A DNA stretch of 64,000 bases from Bacteroides fragilis (GCA_945889005.1 CAMDBI010000017.1:227-64226), one strand, 5' to 3'; shown: positions 16,190 to 29,636, counted from the first letter of the stretch. Translations and numbers: made by a program. The notes: generated from the letters alone by a model not told the origin.

Positions 16190-16261
16190 GCCGAAGTAGC
16201 TCAGGGGTAGAGCACTTCCTTGGTAAGGAAGGGGTCAGGGGTTCAATTCCCCTCTTTGGCT
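16190..16261 (+). tRNA. tRNA-Thr (anticodon GGU)
   Basis: Acceptor GCCGAAG/CTTTGGC, anticodon arm CTTCC-TTGGTAA-GGAAG, T-loop TTCAATT. The Thr-Tyr-Gly-Thr-tuf order matches the widespread thrU-tyrU-glyT-thrT-tufB arrangement. Confidence 0.9.
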
Positions 16262-16315
16262 CAATTTTACAAGAAATAGTTAAAATAAATATTTACTTAA
16301 ATTAATATTTGAGTT

Positions 16316-17503
16316 ATGGCAAAAGAAAAATTTGACAGGTCAAAACCTCACGTCAATATCGGAACAATTGGTCACGTAGACCACGGTAAAACAACATTAA
16401 CTGCTGCAATTACTACTGTTCTTGCTAAAAAAGGACTTTCTGAAGTTCGTTCGTTCGACTCGATCGACAACGCTCCTGAAGAAAAAGAACGCGGTATTAC
16501 AATTAATACTGCTCACGTAGAATACAGTACAGCTAATCGTCACTATGCTCACGTAGACTGTCCGGGTCACGCTGACTATGTTAAGAACATGGTTACAGGT
16601 GCTGCTCAGATGGATGGCGCTATCATCGTTGTAGCTGCTACCGATGGTCCAATGCCTCAAACTCGCGAACATATTCTGTTGGCTCGTCAGGTAAACGTTC
16701 CTAAAATCGTTGTATTTATGAACAAAGTTGACTTGGTTGAAGATGCAGAAATGCTTGACCTTGTTGAAATGGAAATGCGCGAATTATTATCGTTCTATAA
16801 ATTCGAAGGTGATATCGCTCCTGTTATCCGTGGTTCTGCTTTAGGTGGTTTGAACGGCGATGCAAAATGGGAAGAAAAAATCATGGAATTGATGGATGCT
16901 GTAGATACATTTATTCCAATTCCTCCTCGTGAAGTTGACAAACCAATGCTTATGCCTGTTGAAGACGTATTCTCGATCACTGGTCGTGGTACTGTTGCTA
17001 CTGGTCGTATCGAAACTGGTGTTGTTAATGTAGGCGACGAACTCGAATTAGTAGGTCTTGGTGCTGAAAAGAAAAAGACTGTAGTTACCGGTGTTGAAAT
17101 GTTCCGTAAGTTACTCGATCGTGGTGAAGCTGGCGACAACGTTGGTCTTTTACTTCGTGGTGTCGACAAAGAAGAAATTAAACGTGGTATGGTTATAGCT
17201 AAACCAAACTCTATCACTCCTCATACAACCTTCAAAGCTGAAGTTTATGTATTGAAGAAAGAAGAAGGTGGTCGTCATACTCCGTTCCATAACAAATATC
17301 GTCCTCAGTTTTATGTTCGTACACTTGACGTAACCGGTGAAATTACACTTCCAGAAGGTCGTGAAATGGTTATGCCTGGCGACAACATTACAATTACTGT
17401 AGAACTTATCTACCCTGTAGCTATCAACCAAGGTTTACGTTTCGCAATTCGCGAAGGTGGTAGAACAGTTGGTGCTGGTCAGGTTATTGAAATATTGAAA
17501 TAA
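16316..17503 (+). CDS. tuf: Elongation factor Tu
   Basis: 395 aa. [18 protein letters not shown] and NKVD GTPase motifs. Confidence 0.98.
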   Translation: MAKEKFDRSKPHVNIGTIGHVDHGKTTLTAAITTVLAKKGLSEVRSFDSIDNAPEEKERGITINTAHVEYSTANRHYAHVDCPGHADYVKNMVTGAAQMDGAIIVVAATDGPMPQTREHILLARQVNVPKIVVFMNKVDLVEDAEMLDLVEMEMRELLSFYKFEGDIAPVIRGSALGGLNGDAKWEEKIMELMDAVDTFIPIPPREVDKPMLMPVEDVFSITGRGTVATGRIETGVVNVGDELELVGLGAEKKKTVVTGVEMFRKLLDRGEAGDNVGLLLRGVDKEEIKRGMVIAKPNSITPHTTFKAEVYVLKKEEGGRHTPFHNKYRPQFYVRTLDVTGEITLPEGREMVMPGDNITITVELIYPVAINQGLRFAIREGGRTVGAGQVIEILK

Positions 17504-17525
17504 ATAATTCATAGTGATATTATAA

Positions 17526-17561
17526 GAAAGTTCGGTGTAGCTTTTACACCGGACTTTCTTT
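17526..17561 (+). terminator. Hairpin after tuf (terminator or processing structure)
   Basis: AGAAAGTTCGGTGTA / TACACCGGACTTTCT stem with one mismatch, followed by TTTG. Confidence 0.5.
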
Positions 17562-17620
17562 GTCATCATACGAATGTGCTTTTTCAATGTTTTTCGACAA
17601 GAGCACTGAATATTTTCGAT

Positions 17621-17693
17621 ACGGGTGTAGCTCAGTTGGTAGAGCACTGGTCTCCAAAACCAGGTGTCGGGCGTTCGAGTCGCTCCTCCCGTG
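17621..17693 (+). tRNA. tRNA-Trp (anticodon CCA)
   Basis: Anticodon arm CTGGT-CTCCAAA-ACCAG, T-loop TTCGAGT. One mismatch in the acceptor stem. Conserved position before secE-nusG. Confidence 0.85.
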
Positions 17694-17710
17694 CAAATGA
17701 TTTTTGATTT

Positions 17711-17905
17711 ATGAAGAAGATAATAAATTATTTTCAGGAATCTTTCGACGAATTAGTTAACAAAGTTACCTGGCCCTCTTGGAACGATTTGCGTAATAGT
17801 GCAATGGTCGTAATGATTGCTTCCTTAATTATAGCTATCATTGTATTTTTAATGGATATCACTTTCCAAGGTGTTACGGGTTTTATATATAAGATGTTTT
17901 TTTAG
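17711..17905 (+). CDS. secE: Preprotein translocase subunit SecE
   Basis: 64 aa with a single C-terminal TM helix. Conserved position upstream of nusG. Confidence 0.85.
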   Translation: MKKIINYFQESFDELVNKVTWPSWNDLRNSAMVVMIASLIIAIIVFLMDITFQGVTGFIYKMFF

Positions 17906-17914
17906 TCAATAGAA

Positions 17915-18460
17915 ATGGGAGAAATAGAAAAGAAGTGGTACGTACTTCGTGCTATTGGCGGAAAAGAGAAAAAAGTTAAAGAGTTAATCGATAACGAAAT
18001 AGTCCGATTAGGCCTGCAAGATTACGTAGCACAAGTTTTAATTCCTACCGAAAAGGTTTACCAAGTACGAAACGGAAAAAAAATAAGCAAAGAACGCATA
18101 TTTTTTCCCGGTTATGTTATTTTGGAGGCATCGTTGGTAGGAGAAATACCTCATATTCTAAGAAATATTCCCAATGTTTTAGGTTTTCTCGGATCGAAAG
18201 GCGACGAGCCTTCTCCTTTGAGACTTTCTGAAGTAAATCGTATTCTTGGCAAAGTTGATGAACTTAGAGAATCGGGCGAAGAAATGGTTACACCTTATTA
18301 TGTAGGTGAACCAGTAAAAGTAATCGACGGTCCTTTCAATGGTTTTTCTGGCGTTATTGAAGAGGTGAACGACGAAAAGAAAAAACTTAAAGTAATGGTG
18401 AAAATTTTTGGACGAAAAACACCATTAGAACTCAGCTTTATGCAAGTTGAGAAAGAGTAA
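17915..18460 (+). CDS. nusG: Transcription termination/antitermination factor NusG
   Basis: 181 aa. NGN domain start [16 protein letters not shown] and KOW motif [21 protein letters not shown]. Confidence 0.95.
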   Translation: MGEIEKKWYVLRAIGGKEKKVKELIDNEIVRLGLQDYVAQVLIPTEKVYQVRNGKKISKERIFFPGYVILEASLVGEIPHILRNIPNVLGFLGSKGDEPSPLRLSEVNRILGKVDELRESGEEMVTPYYVGEPVKVIDGPFNGFSGVIEEVNDEKKKLKVMVKIFGRKTPLELSFMQVEKE

Positions 18461-18557
18461 CTTGTTTTTATACGATTGTTTTTTCATATATTACTGTTTT
18501 CAAGCTTCCCTGTGGTAGTGATTATAACAAAACAATCAAAATTTAATACTTAATATT

Positions 18558-18995
18558 ATGGCAAAAGAAGCAGTAGGATTAATCAAATTACAAATAAAAG
18601 GCGGTGCAGCTAACCCTTCACCACCGGTAGGTCCTGCTTTGGGTTCGAAAGGTGTGAACATTATGGAATTCTGTAAACAGTTCAACGCACGTACTCAAAC
18701 CATGGCTGGTAAAGTTATTCCTGTCATAATTACCGTTTATGCCGATAAATCATTTGATTTCGTTACCAAAACACCTCCTGTAGCAATACAGTTGATCGAA
18801 ATATCGAAAATCAAAAATGGATCGGCTGAACCAAACAGGAATAAAGTTGGATCGGTTACCTGGGAACAGGTTCGCGAAATTGCCGACATAAAAATGCCCG
18901 ACCTCAACTGCTTTACTGTTGAATCGGCTATGAATATGGTTGCAGGTACTGCGCGAAGTATGGGTATTACAATTAAGGGCGACAGGCCCTTTTAA
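18558..18995 (+). CDS. rplK: 50S ribosomal protein L11
   Basis: 145 aa. [21 protein letters not shown]. Confidence 0.97.
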   Translation: MAKEAVGLIKLQIKGGAANPSPPVGPALGSKGVNIMEFCKQFNARTQTMAGKVIPVIITVYADKSFDFVTKTPPVAIQLIEISKIKNGSAEPNRNKVGSVTWEQVREIADIKMPDLNCFTVESAMNMVAGTARSMGITIKGDRPF

Positions 18996-19018
18996 GTAAT
19001 TAATCACATAAAAATACA

Positions 19019-19714
19019 ATGGCAAGACTTACTAAAAAAAGAAAGATAGCAATTGGTAAAGTCGACATCGATAAACAATACAAATTGCTCGATGCAGCTG
19101 CTTTGTTGAAAGTAATTTCATTTACAAAGTTTGACTCATCGGTCGATATTGATGTTCGTTTGAATGTTGATCCCAAAAAAGCTAATCAAATGGTTCGCGG
19201 TGTAGTTTCGTTACCACATGGAACAGGTAAAACTGTTCGTGTATTAGCGCTTTGCACACCCGACAAAGAAAACGAGGCTAAAGAGGCTGGTGCCGATTTC
19301 GTTGGTTTGGACGATTATATCGAAAAAATCAAAGGCGGATGGACAGATATTGATGTAATTATCACTACACCATCTGTTATGGGTAAAATTGGTGCTCTCG
19401 GACGCGTATTAGGACCCCGTGGATTGATGCCTAACCCTAAGAGCGGTACTGTTACCATGGAAATTGGTAAAGCCGTTAAGGAAGTTAAACAAGGTAAAAT
19501 CGATTTTAAAGTCGACAAAACCGGTATCATTCATTCTTCTATAGGAAAAGTTTCATTTGCTCCTGAAAAATTAGTTGACAATGCTCACGAGTTTATTAAT
19601 TCAATTATTAAGCTCAAACCAGCTGCTGCTAAAGGTACTTATATTAAGAGTGTTTATTTATCGTCGACCATGAGTCCAAGTATTGCTATCGATACTAAAA
19701 CATTGGCCGAATAA
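19019..19714 (+). CDS. rplA: 50S ribosomal protein L1
   Basis: 231 aa. Typical L1 sequence and operon position. Confidence 0.96.
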   Translation: MARLTKKRKIAIGKVDIDKQYKLLDAAALLKVISFTKFDSSVDIDVRLNVDPKKANQMVRGVVSLPHGTGKTVRVLALCTPDKENEAKEAGADFVGLDDYIEKIKGGWTDIDVIITTPSVMGKIGALGRVLGPRGLMPNPKSGTVTMEIGKAVKEVKQGKIDFKVDKTGIIHSSIGKVSFAPEKLVDNAHEFINSIIKLKPAAAKGTYIKSVYLSSTMSPSIAIDTKTLAE

Positions 19715-19744
19715 TAACACGTTAATTGTTTTTACTTTACAAAT

Positions 19745-20266
19745 ATGAAAAAAGAAGAAAAAGAAGCAATTATTGAAAATTTAGTACAGCAGATTAAAAA
19801 TCAAAAACATTTTTATATTACTGATATTTCTACATTAAATGCAAGCAATACCAGTAAATTGCGTAGAAAATGTTTTGAAAATAATATTGAACTTGTAGTT
19901 GTTAAAAACACTCTCTTCCAAAAAGCATTAGAACGCACAGGAGGAAACTACGAAGAGCTGTATGGAGTTCTTTCTAATTCAACCTCAATCATGTTTACCG
20001 AAACAGGTAGTACACCTGCTCGTATGATTCAGGAAATGAGAAAGACAAGTGATAAACCCATTTTGAAGGCTGCTTATGTTGAAGATTGTATCTATGTTGG
20101 CGACAACCAACTCGATGCATTGGCAACTCTCAAAACGAAAGACGAATTGGTAGGCGACATTATATTTATGTTGCAATCTCCTGCCAACAATGTTATTTCG
20201 GCTTTGCAGTCAGGCAAAAATATACTCGCAGGTGTTGTAAAAACACTATCAGAAAAACAAGAATAA
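19745..20266 (+). CDS. rplJ: 50S ribosomal protein L10
   Basis: 173 aa. Lies between rplA and rplL. Confidence 0.93.
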   Translation: MKKEEKEAIIENLVQQIKNQKHFYITDISTLNASNTSKLRRKCFENNIELVVVKNTLFQKALERTGGNYEELYGVLSNSTSIMFTETGSTPARMIQEMRKTSDKPILKAAYVEDCIYVGDNQLDALATLKTKDELVGDIIFMLQSPANNVISALQSGKNILAGVVKTLSEKQE

Positions 20267-20302
20267 TAAATAGTAATTATAACAATTTAAATATTATACA
20301 AA

Positions 20303-20680
20303 ATGGCAGATTTAAAAGCTTTCGCGGAACAGTTAGTAAATCTTACAGTTAAAGAAGTTAACGAATTAGCGAAAATACTAAAAGACGAGTACGGAATTGA
20401 ACCAGCTGCTGCTGCAGTTGTTGCCGCTCCTGCTGCTGCTGGTGCAGGTGCTCCAGTTGCTGAAGAAAAAACATCTTTCGATGTAATTTTGAAATCAGCC
20501 GGTGGTGCTAAATTACAAATCGTTAAATTGGTGAAAGATTTAACAGGTCTTGGTTTGAAAGAAGCTAAAGATATCGTTGATGCAGCTCCTAAAGCAATCA
20601 AAGAAGGTGTTTCTAAAGAAGAAGCTGAATCAATCAAAGCACAATTGACTGAAGCCGGAGCCGAAATTGAAGTTAAGTAA
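20303..20680 (+). CDS. rplL: 50S ribosomal protein L7/L12
   Basis: 125 aa. Ala-rich hinge and C-terminal [19 protein letters not shown]. Confidence 0.97.
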   Translation: MADLKAFAEQLVNLTVKEVNELAKILKDEYGIEPAAAAVVAAPAAAGAGAPVAEEKTSFDVILKSAGGAKLQIVKLVKDLTGLGLKEAKDIVDAAPKAIKEGVSKEEAESIKAQLTEAGAEIEVK

Positions 20681-20701
20681 TTTTCTGGCTGTTAGCATTC
20701 A

Positions 20702-20746
20702 GGTTTAGGGTCCTGTATTTAATACGGGACTCTAAGCCTTTTTATT
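20702..20746 (+). terminator. rplL-rpoB intergenic attenuator/terminator hairpin
   Basis: 16-bp stem GGTTTAGGGTCCTGTA / TACGGGACTCTAAGCC closed by three G-U wobbles that pair only in the plus-strand RNA, followed by TTTTTA. Confidence 0.6.
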
Positions 20747-20879
20747 GTTTATGCCATCGAGATTTATTATGCATTACGTATTGATTCTCAGATAGGTTTT
20801 AACCTCGTGAGAGGTAAGCAAAATATCGAATTTTAATCGGTATTTAATCAATAAAAAAGGTTCAATTAAACACGCAACA

Positions 20880-23800
20880 ATGGCTTTTAAAAATATTACT
20901 GAAAGAGTAAACTTTGCTTCCTCTAAAATTCAACTGGAATACCCAGACTTTCTCGATGTGCAATTGAAGGCTTTTGCCGATTTTTTCCAATTGGAAACAA
21001 CTCCCGAGAATAGAAAAAACGAAGGTCTCTTCAAATGTTTTGCTGAGAACTTTCCCATTACCGACACACGAAACAATTTCGTGTTGGAATTTATCGATTA
21101 TTTTATAGATCCTCCTCGTTATACTATCGACGAGTGTATCGAACGTGGTCTTACTTATAGCATACCTCTTAAGGCAAAATTAAAACTATACTGTACCGAC
21201 CCCGAACATGAAGATTTTGATACAGTTATTCAAGATGTATATTTGGGTACTGTACCATATATGACACCCCGTGGCACATTTGTTATTAATGGCGCCGAAC
21301 GTGTTGTGGTTTCGCAATTGCATCGTTCGCCAGGTGTGTTCTTTGGTCAGAGCATTCATGCCAATGGTACTAAATTGTACTCTGCCCGAATAATTCCTTT
21401 TAAAGGTTCTTGGATCGAATTTGCTACTGACATCAACAATGTTATGTATGCTTATATCGACCGTAAAAAGAAGTTGCCAGTTACAACTCTTCTTCGTGCA
21501 ATCGGTTACGAAAACGACAAGAATATTCTTGAAATTTTTGACCTTGCCGACGAATTTAAAGTTTCAAAAACCGGTTTGAAGAAAATGCTTGGCCGCAGAC
21601 TTGCTGCACGTGTCTTGAAATCGTGGGTTGAAGACTTCGTTGATGAAGATACTGGCGAGGTTGTTTCTATCGAACGTAACGAAGTTGTGATCGATCGCGA
21701 AACCACTATCGATAACGAACATATTGATCTTATAGTCGATGCTGGTGTCGAAACTATTTTACTTCACAAAGAAGGTCAAAATGTGATTGATTACGCTATT
21801 ATTTATAATACTTTAGCAAAAGATCCTTGTAACTCAGAAAAAGAAGCTGTATTACACATATATAGACAATTAAGAAACTCAGAACCACCCGATGAAGCTA
21901 CTGCTCGCGACGTTATCGACAAATTGTTTTTCTCCGATAAACGTTACGATTTAGGTGAAGTAGGTCGTTTCCGAATTAACCGTAAATTAAAACTTAATAC
22001 ATCGTCAGAGACACGTGTTCTTACCAAAGAAGACATTATCTGCATTATAAAATATTTGATTGAACTTATCAACTCAAAAACCGATGTTGATGATATCGAT
22101 CACTTGAGCAACCGTCGTGTACGTACCGTAGGCGAGCAGTTGTACAACCAGTTTAGTGTTGGTTTGGCTCGTATGGCTCGTACCATTCGCGAACGTATGA
22201 ATGTACGCGACAACGAAGTATTTACTCCAATAGACCTTATCAACTCCAAAACTTTATCATCGGTTATCAATTCTTTCTTTGGTACAAACCAACTGTCGCA
22301 GTTTATGGATCAAACCAATCCATTGTCTGAGATGACCCACAAACGCCGTATGTCGGCATTGGGGCCCGGTGGTTTGTCGCGCGAAAGAGCAGGTTTCGAG
22401 GTTCGTGACGTTCACTATACTCACTATGGTCGTCTTTGTCCAATTGAAACTCCCGAAGGACCAAATATTGGACTTATTTCTTCACTTTGTGTATTTGCCA
22501 AAGTTAACGAATTAGGATTTATTGAAACTCCTTATCGAAAAGTTGAAACAGGTATTGTTAACGTTCAAAATGATGAAGTTATATACCTAAGTGCTGAAGA
22601 AGAAGAAGGCAAAACAATTGCTCAGGCAAGTACTCCGGTCGATATTAAAGGCAATTTTGAAGATTCAAAAGTAAAATCGCGTTATGAAGGCGATTTTCCA
22701 TTGGTCGATCCTACTCAAATACACTTAATGGACGTTGCGCCTAATCAAATAGCATCGATTGCTGCTTCGTTAATTCCTTTTCTCGAGCACGATGATGCCA
22801 ACCGTGCGCTCATGGGTTCAAACATGATGCGTCAGGCTGTACCATTGTTAAATCCCGAGGCTCCTATAGTAGGTACTGGTATCGAACATCGTTTGGTTAA
22901 AGACTCTCGATTGCTTGTTGTTGCCGAAGGCGATGGCATAGTTGAGTTTGTCGATGCAAACGAAATTGTTATCCGTTATTCTTGGTCTGAGGACGAAAAA
23001 TTTATTAGTTTCGACGAACCAGTTAAGTCTTATAAACTTAGCAAGTTCTTAAAAACAAACCAAAGCACTTGTGTCAATCTAAAACCTATGGTTCGTAAGG
23101 GCGACAAAGTTACTAAAGGTCAAATTCTTTCTGAAGGTTATGCAACCGATAAGGGCGAACTTGCACTTGGTCGAAACCTTAAAGTGGCTTTCATGCCTTG
23201 GAAAGGGTTCAACTTCGAAGATGCAATTGTTATTTCCGAACGTGTTGTTAAAGAAGATTTATTTACTTCGATACATATAGACGAGTACCTTCTCGAAGTT
23301 CGCGACACAAAACGCGGATTAGAAGAACTTACTGCCGATATACCGAATGTTAGCGAAGAAGCTACTCGTAATCTCGACGAAAACGGTCTTATTCGTGTTG
23401 GTGCCGAAATTAAACCGGGCGATATCCTTATCGGTAAGATTACTCCAAAAGGCGAATCTGATCCTTCACCTGAAGAAAAACTGCTTCGTGCCATATTTGG
23501 CGATAAAGCAGGCGATGTAAAAGATGCGTCGCTCAAAGCTGCTCCGTCTGTTGAAGGTACTGTAATTGACAAAAAGTTGTTTTCACGTATGGTGAAGGAT
23601 AAGCGTCTGAAAGTCAATGAAAAGGCAGTGATCGACAAACTTGATGATGAATTTAATGATCAAATACTCGATCTAAATAATAAAATGATCGATAAGCTTT
23701 TTATCATTGTCAATGGAAAAACATCGCAAGGTGTTAAAAACTTCCTCAATGTTGAAGTGATACAAAAAGGATCGAAATTTACTCAGAAAGTACTGCAAGA

Positions 23801-24692
23801 ACTTGATTTCTTGAATGTAAATCCAACTAAATGGACTACAGATAAAGATAAAAACGATCAAATTCGAGCATTGTTCCACAACTATTCTGTTAAATATAAA
23901 GAAATAGATGCCATTTACAAGCGTAAAAAATACAATATTACCATTGGCGACGAACTTCCAGCCGGAATTATTCAATTAGCTAAAGTTTACCTTGCCAAAA
24001 AACGTAAACTCAAAGTAGGTGATAAAATGGCAGGTCGACATGGTAACAAAGGTATTGTATCGAAAATTGTACGTGCCGAAGAAATGCCATTCCTCGAAGA
24101 TGGAACTCCTGTAGATATTGTACTTAACCCACTTGGTGTACCTTCTCGTATGAACCTTGGACAGATTTACGAAACTGTACTTGGCTGGGCAGGTAAAGAG
24201 CTCGGTGTTAAGTTTGCTACTCCTATTTTTGATGGAGCTCATCTCGACGAAATCAATGCATGGACAGACAAAGCTGGTGTTCCGCGTTATGGTCGTGCAT
24301 ATTTGCACGATGGTGGTACTGGCGAACGTTTCGATCAACCTGCAACTGTTGGTATTATCTATATGTTGAAACTCGGTCACATGGTCGACGACAAAATGCA
24401 TGCACGTTCTATCGGACCTTACTCGCTCATTACTCAACAACCATTGGGCGGTAAAGCTCAGTTTGGTGGTCAGCGTTTTGGTGAAATGGAAGTTTGGGCT
24501 ATTGAAGCATTTGGTGCTTCAAATATTCTTCAGGAAATTCTTACCATTAAATCTGACGATGTTACTGGTAGAGCAAAGGCCTACGAATCGATCGTTAAAG
24601 GTGATCCTATGCTTACTCCCGGAATTCCGGAGTCGCTCAATGTATTATTGCATGAACTTCGCGGCTTAGGTTTGAGTATAAATCTTGTATAA
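20880..24692 (+). CDS. rpoB: DNA-directed RNA polymerase beta subunit
   Basis: 1270 aa with canonical beta-subunit motifs throughout. Confidence 0.99.
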   Translation: MAFKNITERVNFASSKIQLEYPDFLDVQLKAFADFFQLETTPENRKNEGLFKCFAENFPITDTRNNFVLEFIDYFIDPPRYTIDECIERGLTYSIPLKAKLKLYCTDPEHEDFDTVIQDVYLGTVPYMTPRGTFVINGAERVVVSQLHRSPGVFFGQSIHANGTKLYSARIIPFKGSWIEFATDINNVMYAYIDRKKKLPVTTLLRAIGYENDKNILEIFDLADEFKVSKTGLKKMLGRRLAARVLKSWVEDFVDEDTGEVVSIERNEVVIDRETTIDNEHIDLIVDAGVETILLHKEGQNVIDYAIIYNTLAKDPCNSEKEAVLHIYRQLRNSEPPDEATARDVIDKLFFSDKRYDLGEVGRFRINRKLKLNTSSETRVLTKEDIICIIKYLIELINSKTDVDDIDHLSNRRVRTVGEQLYNQFSVGLARMARTIRERMNVRDNEVFTPIDLINSKTLSSVINSFFGTNQLSQFMDQTNPLSEMTHKRRMSALGPGGLSRERAGFEVRDVHYTHYGRLCPIETPEGPNIGLISSLCVFAKVNELGFIETPYRKVETGIVNVQNDEVIYLSAEEEEGKTIAQASTPVDIKGNFEDSKVKSRYEGDFPLVDPTQIHLMDVAPNQIASIAASLIPFLEHDDANRALMGSNMMRQAVPLLNPEAPIVGTGIEHRLVKDSRLLVVAEGDGIVEFVDANEIVIRYSWSEDEKFISFDEPVKSYKLSKFLKTNQSTCVNLKPMVRKGDKVTKGQILSEGYATDKGELALGRNLKVAFMPWKGFNFEDAIVISERVVKEDLFTSIHIDEYLLEVRDTKRGLEELTADIPNVSEEATRNLDENGLIRVGAEIKPGDILIGKITPKGESDPSPEEKLLRAIFGDKAGDVKDASLKAAPSVEGTVIDKKLFSRMVKDKRLKVNEKAVIDKLDDEFNDQILDLNNKMIDKLFIIVNGKTSQGVKNFLNVEVIQKGSKFTQKVLQELDFLNVNPTKWTTDKDKNDQIRALFHNYSVKYKEIDAIYKRKKYNITIGDELPAGIIQLAKVYLAKKRKLKVGDKMAGRHGNKGIVSKIVRAEEMPFLEDGTPVDIVLNPLGVPSRMNLGQIYETVLGWAGKELGVKFATPIFDGAHLDEINAWTDKAGVPRYGRAYLHDGGTGERFDQPATVGIIYMLKLGHMVDDKMHARSIGPYSLITQQPLGGKAQFGGQRFGEMEVWAIEAFGASNILQEILTIKSDDVTGRAKAYESIVKGDPMLTPGIPESLNVLLHELRGLGLSINLV

Positions 24693-24696
24693 AGAA

Positions 24697-24726
24697 AAAG
24701 CTGTCTCGTTTTTTCGGGACAGCTTT
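24697..24726 (+). other. rpoB-rpoC intergenic hairpin
   Basis: AAAGCTGTCTCG / CGGGACAGCTTT stem. A second hairpin, TTTTCGGT/ACCGAAAA, follows at about 24733-24753. Confidence 0.45.
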
Positions 24727-24788
24727 ATATATTTTCGGTTTTTGACCGAAAAGAAATAAAAGTTTCCTAACATATAAAAAAATATTAT

Positions 24789-27700
24789 ATGTCATTCAGA
24801 AAAGACAATAAGGCAAAGATTAGTTTTTCAAAAATAACCATAGGCTTGGCTTCTCCCGAAGAAATTCTCGAACGTTCGAGTGGAGAAGTGCTCAAACCTG
24901 AAACAATCAACTACCGTACTTATAAACCAGAACGCGACGGACTTTTTTGTGAACGTATATTTGGTCCGGTAAAGGATTACGAATGCCATTGCGGTAAGTA
25001 CAAACGTATTCGTTACAAAGGAATTGTTTGCGACCGTTGTGGTGTTGAAGTTACAGAAAAGAAAGTACGCCGCGAACGTATGGGACACATAAATCTTGTA
25101 GTACCTGTGGCTCATATTTGGTATTTCCGTTCAATACCTAATAAAATAGGTTATTTGTTGGGAATACCTTCTAAAAAACTCGATACTATTATTTATTACG
25201 AGCGTTATATTGTTATTCAGCCTGGAGTAAAAGGAGCCGATGGTGTTAAAGTTGGCGATTTCTTAACAGAAGAAGAATACATCGAGATAACTGAAGCTCT
25301 TCCAAAAGAAAATCACTATCTTGAGGATACCGATCCAAACAAGTTTATAGCTCGAATGGGAGCCGATGGCTTATATGCTATGCTTCAAAGAATAGATTTG
25401 GACGAATTGTCGTATTCGCTTCGTCACCAAGCAAATACCGAAACTTCTCAGCAACGCAAAAGCGATGCTTTAAAACGTTTGCAGGTAGTTGAAGCTTTCC
25501 GAGAATCGAGAGAAATTAATAAACCCGAGTGGATGATTATGAAGGTGGTGCCAATTATTCCACCCGAACTTCGTCCTCTTGTTCCTCTCGATGGAGGACG
25601 TTTTGCTTCGTCTGACTTAAACGACCTTTATCGTCGCGTGATTATTCGCAACAACCGTTTGAAACGACTTATGGAAATTAAAGCTCCAGAAGTAATTCTT
25701 CGTAACGAAAAACGTATGTTGCAGGAAGCAGTTGACTCGTTGTTCGACAACTCTCGCAAGTCGAGTGCTGTGAAAACCGAAGCCAACCGTCCATTGAAAT
25801 CGTTGAGCGATAGCTTAAAAGGTAAACAAGGACGTTTCCGTCAGAACTTATTGGGTAAACGTGTCGATTATTCGGCTCGTTCGGTAATTGTCGTTGGTCC
25901 CGATTTGAAATTGCACGAATGTGGTTTGCCAAAAGAAATGGCAGCCGAACTATATAAGCCTTTCATTATTCGCAAGTTGATTGAACGAGGTATTGTAAAA
26001 ACCGTTAAATCGGCTAAGAAAATAGTTGACCGTAAAGATCCTGTTGTTTGGGATATTCTGGAAAACGTATTGAAAGGTCATCCGGTATTGCTCAACCGTG
26101 CACCTACTCTTCACCGTCTGGGTATTCAGGCATTTCAGCCTAAGTTGGTCGAAGGTAAGGCTATTCAACTTCACCCTCTTGTTTGTACTGCGTTCAACGC
26201 GGACTTCGACGGTGACCAAATGGCAGTTCACTTACCACTTGGCAATGCAGCAATACTCGAGGCTCAATTGTTGATGCTTGCTTCGCACAATATCTTGAAC
26301 CCTGCTAACGGTGCTCCTATTACAGTACCTTCGCAAGACATGGTTCTTGGTCTTTATTACACTACTAAACAAAGAAAGAGTACACCCGAAAAACCTATAA
26401 AAGGTGAGGGTATGACTTTCTATTCATCTGAAGATCTCAAAATTGCATACAACGAAAAGAAAATTGATCTTCATGCTATTATTAAAATACGTTTGAGCGA
26501 CGACTATAGAATTCCCGTTAGCGAACGTATGATTGAAACTTCGGTAGGTCGTGTGCTTTTCAATGAAGTGGTTCCAAAAGAAGTTGGTTATATCAACGAA
26601 ATATTGACTAAAAAGTCGTTACGCGACATTATTAGCCGTGTATTGAAAATTGCTGGTACTGCTCGTACTGCAAAATTCCTCGACGATATTAAAGAACTTG
26701 GGTTTATGATGGCATTCCGTGGAGGTTTGTCGTTTAACCTCGACGATGTGATTGTTCCTGAGGAAAAAGAAATACTTGTAAACAAAGGTTACGAACAAGT
26801 AGACGAGGTTTGGAACAACTACAACATGGGTTTCATTACCAACAACGAACGTTACAACCAAATTATCGATATTTGGACACATACCAACTCGAAATTGACC
26901 AATATTCTGATGCAGCGTTTGATTAGCAATAATCAAGGTTTCAATCCGGTGTATATGATGCTCGATTCGGGTGCTCGTGGATCTAAAGAACAGATTCGTC
27001 AGCTCTCTGGTATGCGTGGTCTTATGGCGAAACCTCAAAAATCGGGTGCTACAGCAGAAATTGTTGAAAACCCAATTTTATCGAACTTTAAGGAAGGTCT
27101 ATCGGTACTCGAGTATTTTATTTCTACTCACGGTGCTCGTAAAGGTTTGGCCGATACCGCTTTGAAAACAGCAGATGCGGGTTATTTAACTCGTCGTTTG
27201 GTCGATGTGTCGCAAGATGTTATTATTCAAGAAACAGATTGTGGTACTCTTCGTGGTCTTATAGCTACTGCTATTAAAAACAACGAAGAAGTTGTAGAAT
27301 CGTTGCACGAACGTATATTGGGTCGTACCAGTGTTCATGACATATACCATCCATTAACCGGAAAATTAATTATAACTTCAGGTGAAGAATTTACTGAAGA
27401 AATTTCAAAAGTTATAGAAGATTCGCCTATCGAATCTGTCGAAATACGCTCGGTGTTGACCTGCGAATCGAAAAAAGGCGTTTGTGGTAAATGTTACGGA
27501 CGTAACTTAGCTACAGGCCGAATGGTTCAAATGGGCGAAGCGGTTGGTGTAATTGCAGCACAGTCGATTGGTGAACCCGGTACACAGCTTACTCTTCGTA
27601 CATTCCACGTTGGGGGGGTTGCAGGGGGTATTGCTACCGAATCGAGCATTACTGCCAAATACGATGGTATAATTGATTTTGAAGAACTACGTAGTGTCGA

Positions 27701-29057
27701 AAAAATTGAAGATGCCGGAAATGTCGACATAGTAATTGGTCGTATGACAGAAATTCGATTGGTCGACAAAACGACTGGTATTACACTTACCAACAATACT
27801 GTACCTTATGGTTCACGATTGTTTGTTAAACCTGGTACAGAAGTTAAAAAAGGTACCAAACTTTGCGAATGGGATCCTTATAACGCGCTTATTATATCTG
27901 AAGTAGCTGGTCGTGTATCGTTCGACGCAGTTATCGAAGGTATCACTTTCCGCGAAGAATCCGACGAACAAACAGGTTTCAAGGAAAAAGTTATTATCGA
28001 AACTCGCGATAAGACCAAGAACCCGATGATTCGAATTGTTACTGAATCTGACGAAATTCTTAAAACATACAACATTCCTGTAGGTTCACATATCGTGAAC
28101 GACGAAGGAAGCATAGTGAAAGCTGGTGAGATTCTTGTTAAGATTCCTCGTGCTGTTGGTAAAGCTGGTGATATTACCGGTGGTTTGCCACGTGTTACTG
28201 AACTTTTCGAAGCTCGCAACCCTTCAAACCCTGCTGTTGTTTCTGAAATTGATGGTGAAGTTCAGTTTGGTAAGGTTAAACGTGGAAATCGCGAGGTTTC
28301 TGTTACCTCAAGAACCGGCGAAGTAAAAAAATACTTAGTTCCTCTTTCTAAACAAATTCTTGTTCAAGAAAGCGACTATGTTAAGGCTGGTACTTCGTTA
28401 TCGGACGGAGCAACTACTCCATCAGACATCCTTGCAATTAAAGGACCTACTGCTGTTCAGGAATATATCGTGAACGAAGTACAGGAAGTTTACCGTATGC
28501 AGGGTGTGAAAATTAACGATAAGCATTTCGAAGTTATTGTTCGTCAAATGATGCGTAAGGTTGAAATTGTTGATCCGGGCGACACTAAGTTCCTCGAAAA
28601 ACAAATAGCCGATAAGCTCGAATTCATGGACGAAAACGATTGGATATATGGCAAAAAAGTTGTTGTAGATGCAGGAGATTCTGCAAACTACAAACCGGGT
28701 CAAATTATCACAGCACGCAAAATGCGCGATGAAAATTCGTTGCTTAAGCGTAAGGATTTGCGTTTGATTGATTCTCGCGATGCTGTTCCTGCTACTTCAA
28801 ACCAAATTCTTCAGGGTATTACTCGTGCTGCATTGCAGACTAAGAGCTTTATATCTGCTGCTTCGTTCCAAGAAACTACTAAAGTTCTTAACGAGGCTGC
28901 AATCTGGGGCAAGGTAGATAATCTCGAAGGTTTGAAAGAAAATGTAATCTGCGGTCACTTGATACCTGCCGGTACTGGTATTCGCGATTACAACAGTCTA
29001 ATTGTTGGTTCTTCGGACGATTTCGACCAACTCGAACCTCAAGAGGAAGAAGAATAA
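24789..29057 (+). CDS. rpoC: DNA-directed RNA polymerase beta-prime subunit
   Basis: 1422 aa. Zinc-binding [20 protein letters not shown] and catalytic [12 protein letters not shown]. Confidence 0.99.
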   Translation: MSFRKDNKAKISFSKITIGLASPEEILERSSGEVLKPETINYRTYKPERDGLFCERIFGPVKDYECHCGKYKRIRYKGIVCDRCGVEVTEKKVRRERMGHINLVVPVAHIWYFRSIPNKIGYLLGIPSKKLDTIIYYERYIVIQPGVKGADGVKVGDFLTEEEYIEITEALPKENHYLEDTDPNKFIARMGADGLYAMLQRIDLDELSYSLRHQANTETSQQRKSDALKRLQVVEAFRESREINKPEWMIMKVVPIIPPELRPLVPLDGGRFASSDLNDLYRRVIIRNNRLKRLMEIKAPEVILRNEKRMLQEAVDSLFDNSRKSSAVKTEANRPLKSLSDSLKGKQGRFRQNLLGKRVDYSARSVIVVGPDLKLHECGLPKEMAAELYKPFIIRKLIERGIVKTVKSAKKIVDRKDPVVWDILENVLKGHPVLLNRAPTLHRLGIQAFQPKLVEGKAIQLHPLVCTAFNADFDGDQMAVHLPLGNAAILEAQLLMLASHNILNPANGAPITVPSQDMVLGLYYTTKQRKSTPEKPIKGEGMTFYSSEDLKIAYNEKKIDLHAIIKIRLSDDYRIPVSERMIETSVGRVLFNEVVPKEVGYINEILTKKSLRDIISRVLKIAGTARTAKFLDDIKELGFMMAFRGGLSFNLDDVIVPEEKEILVNKGYEQVDEVWNNYNMGFITNNERYNQIIDIWTHTNSKLTNILMQRLISNNQGFNPVYMMLDSGARGSKEQIRQLSGMRGLMAKPQKSGATAEIVENPILSNFKEGLSVLEYFISTHGARKGLADTALKTADAGYLTRRLVDVSQDVIIQETDCGTLRGLIATAIKNNEEVVESLHERILGRTSVHDIYHPLTGKLIITSGEEFTEEISKVIEDSPIESVEIRSVLTCESKKGVCGKCYGRNLATGRMVQMGEAVGVIAAQSIGEPGTQLTLRTFHVGGVAGGIATESSITAKYDGIIDFEELRSVEKIEDAGNVDIVIGRMTEIRLVDKTTGITLTNNTVPYGSRLFVKPGTEVKKGTKLCEWDPYNALIISEVAGRVSFDAVIEGITFREESDEQTGFKEKVIIETRDKTKNPMIRIVTESDEILKTYNIPVGSHIVNDEGSIVKAGEILVKIPRAVGKAGDITGGLPRVTELFEARNPSNPAVVSEIDGEVQFGKVKRGNREVSVTSRTGEVKKYLVPLSKQILVQESDYVKAGTSLSDGATTPSDILAIKGPTAVQEYIVNEVQEVYRMQGVKINDKHFEVIVRQMMRKVEIVDPGDTKFLEKQIADKLEFMDENDWIYGKKVVVDAGDSANYKPGQIITARKMRDENSLLKRKDLRLIDSRDAVPATSNQILQGITRAALQTKSFISAASFQETTKVLNEAAIWGKVDNLEGLKENVICGHLIPAGTGIRDYNSLIVGSSDDFDQLEPQEEEE

Positions 29058-29072
29058 ACATTTTTTATATAT

Positions 29073-29113
29073 AAAAAAAAGCCCCTTCAATAAATTGTAA
29101 GGGGCTTTTTTTT
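29073..29113 (+). terminator. rpoC terminator
   Basis: AAAAAAAAGCCCCTT / AAGGGGCTTTTTTTT hairpin with flanking A- and T-tracts. Confidence 0.75.
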
Positions 29114-29150
29114 ATTTTTACAATTATAAGTAACTGATAAAATTAATAAA

Positions 29151-29471
29151 ATGCAAGAACAAGAAAACCCCAATAACCAACTCAATATTGAGCTTAAAGA
29201 AGAAGTAGCACAAGGAACATATTCAAACCTGGCCATTATTTCGCATTCATCGTCGGAGTTTGTGATCGATTTTGTACGCATTATGCCTGGATTGCCAAAG
29301 GCCGATGTAAAATCGCGTATAATCCTTACTCCCGAACATGCCAAAAGACTTTTGTTTGCTTTGAAAGACAATATTACCAAGTACGAAGCTGCATTGGGCA
29401 ATATCAAAGTCGAGTCGGGCGAACAACACGTTATTCCATTCGGTTTTGGAGGTCCGCAAGCAATGGCATAG
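29151..29471 (+). CDS. DUF3467-family protein
   Basis: 106 aa. YSNLAIISHSSSEFVIDFVRIMPGLPKADVKSRIILTPEHAKRL matches the DUF3467 pattern commonly found downstream of rpoC in Bacteroidota. Confidence 0.6.
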   Translation: MQEQENPNNQLNIELKEEVAQGTYSNLAIISHSSSEFVIDFVRIMPGLPKADVKSRIILTPEHAKRLLFALKDNITKYEAALGNIKVESGEQHVIPFGFGGPQAMA

Positions 29472-29503
29472 TATTTAAAACGAATTATTGATTGTAAAAT
29501 ATT

Positions 29504-29576
29504 GTTGTCCAGTAAAAAATTTTAGGATTTCTCACTAGCTTCGAAATCCTAAAATAAAGACATTTTACTGGACAAC
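29504..29576. terminator. Nested bidirectional hairpin between convergent genes
   Basis: Outer perfect 14-bp stem GTTGTCCAGTAAAA / TTTTACTGGACAAC enclosing an inner stem AGGATTTC / GAAATCCT. Confidence 0.7.
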
Positions 29577-29636
29577 TGCATTAAAAACTAGACATATAAC
29601 AATGGTTTACTTGTCATATTTTTTAAGATTTTATCC

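Noticed and set aside
20287-20637. 116-aa minus-strand Ala-rich ORF, plus the many antisense ORFs within tuf, rpoB and rpoC
   Set aside because: They are mirror images of highly conserved housekeeping genes, and no independent signals support them.
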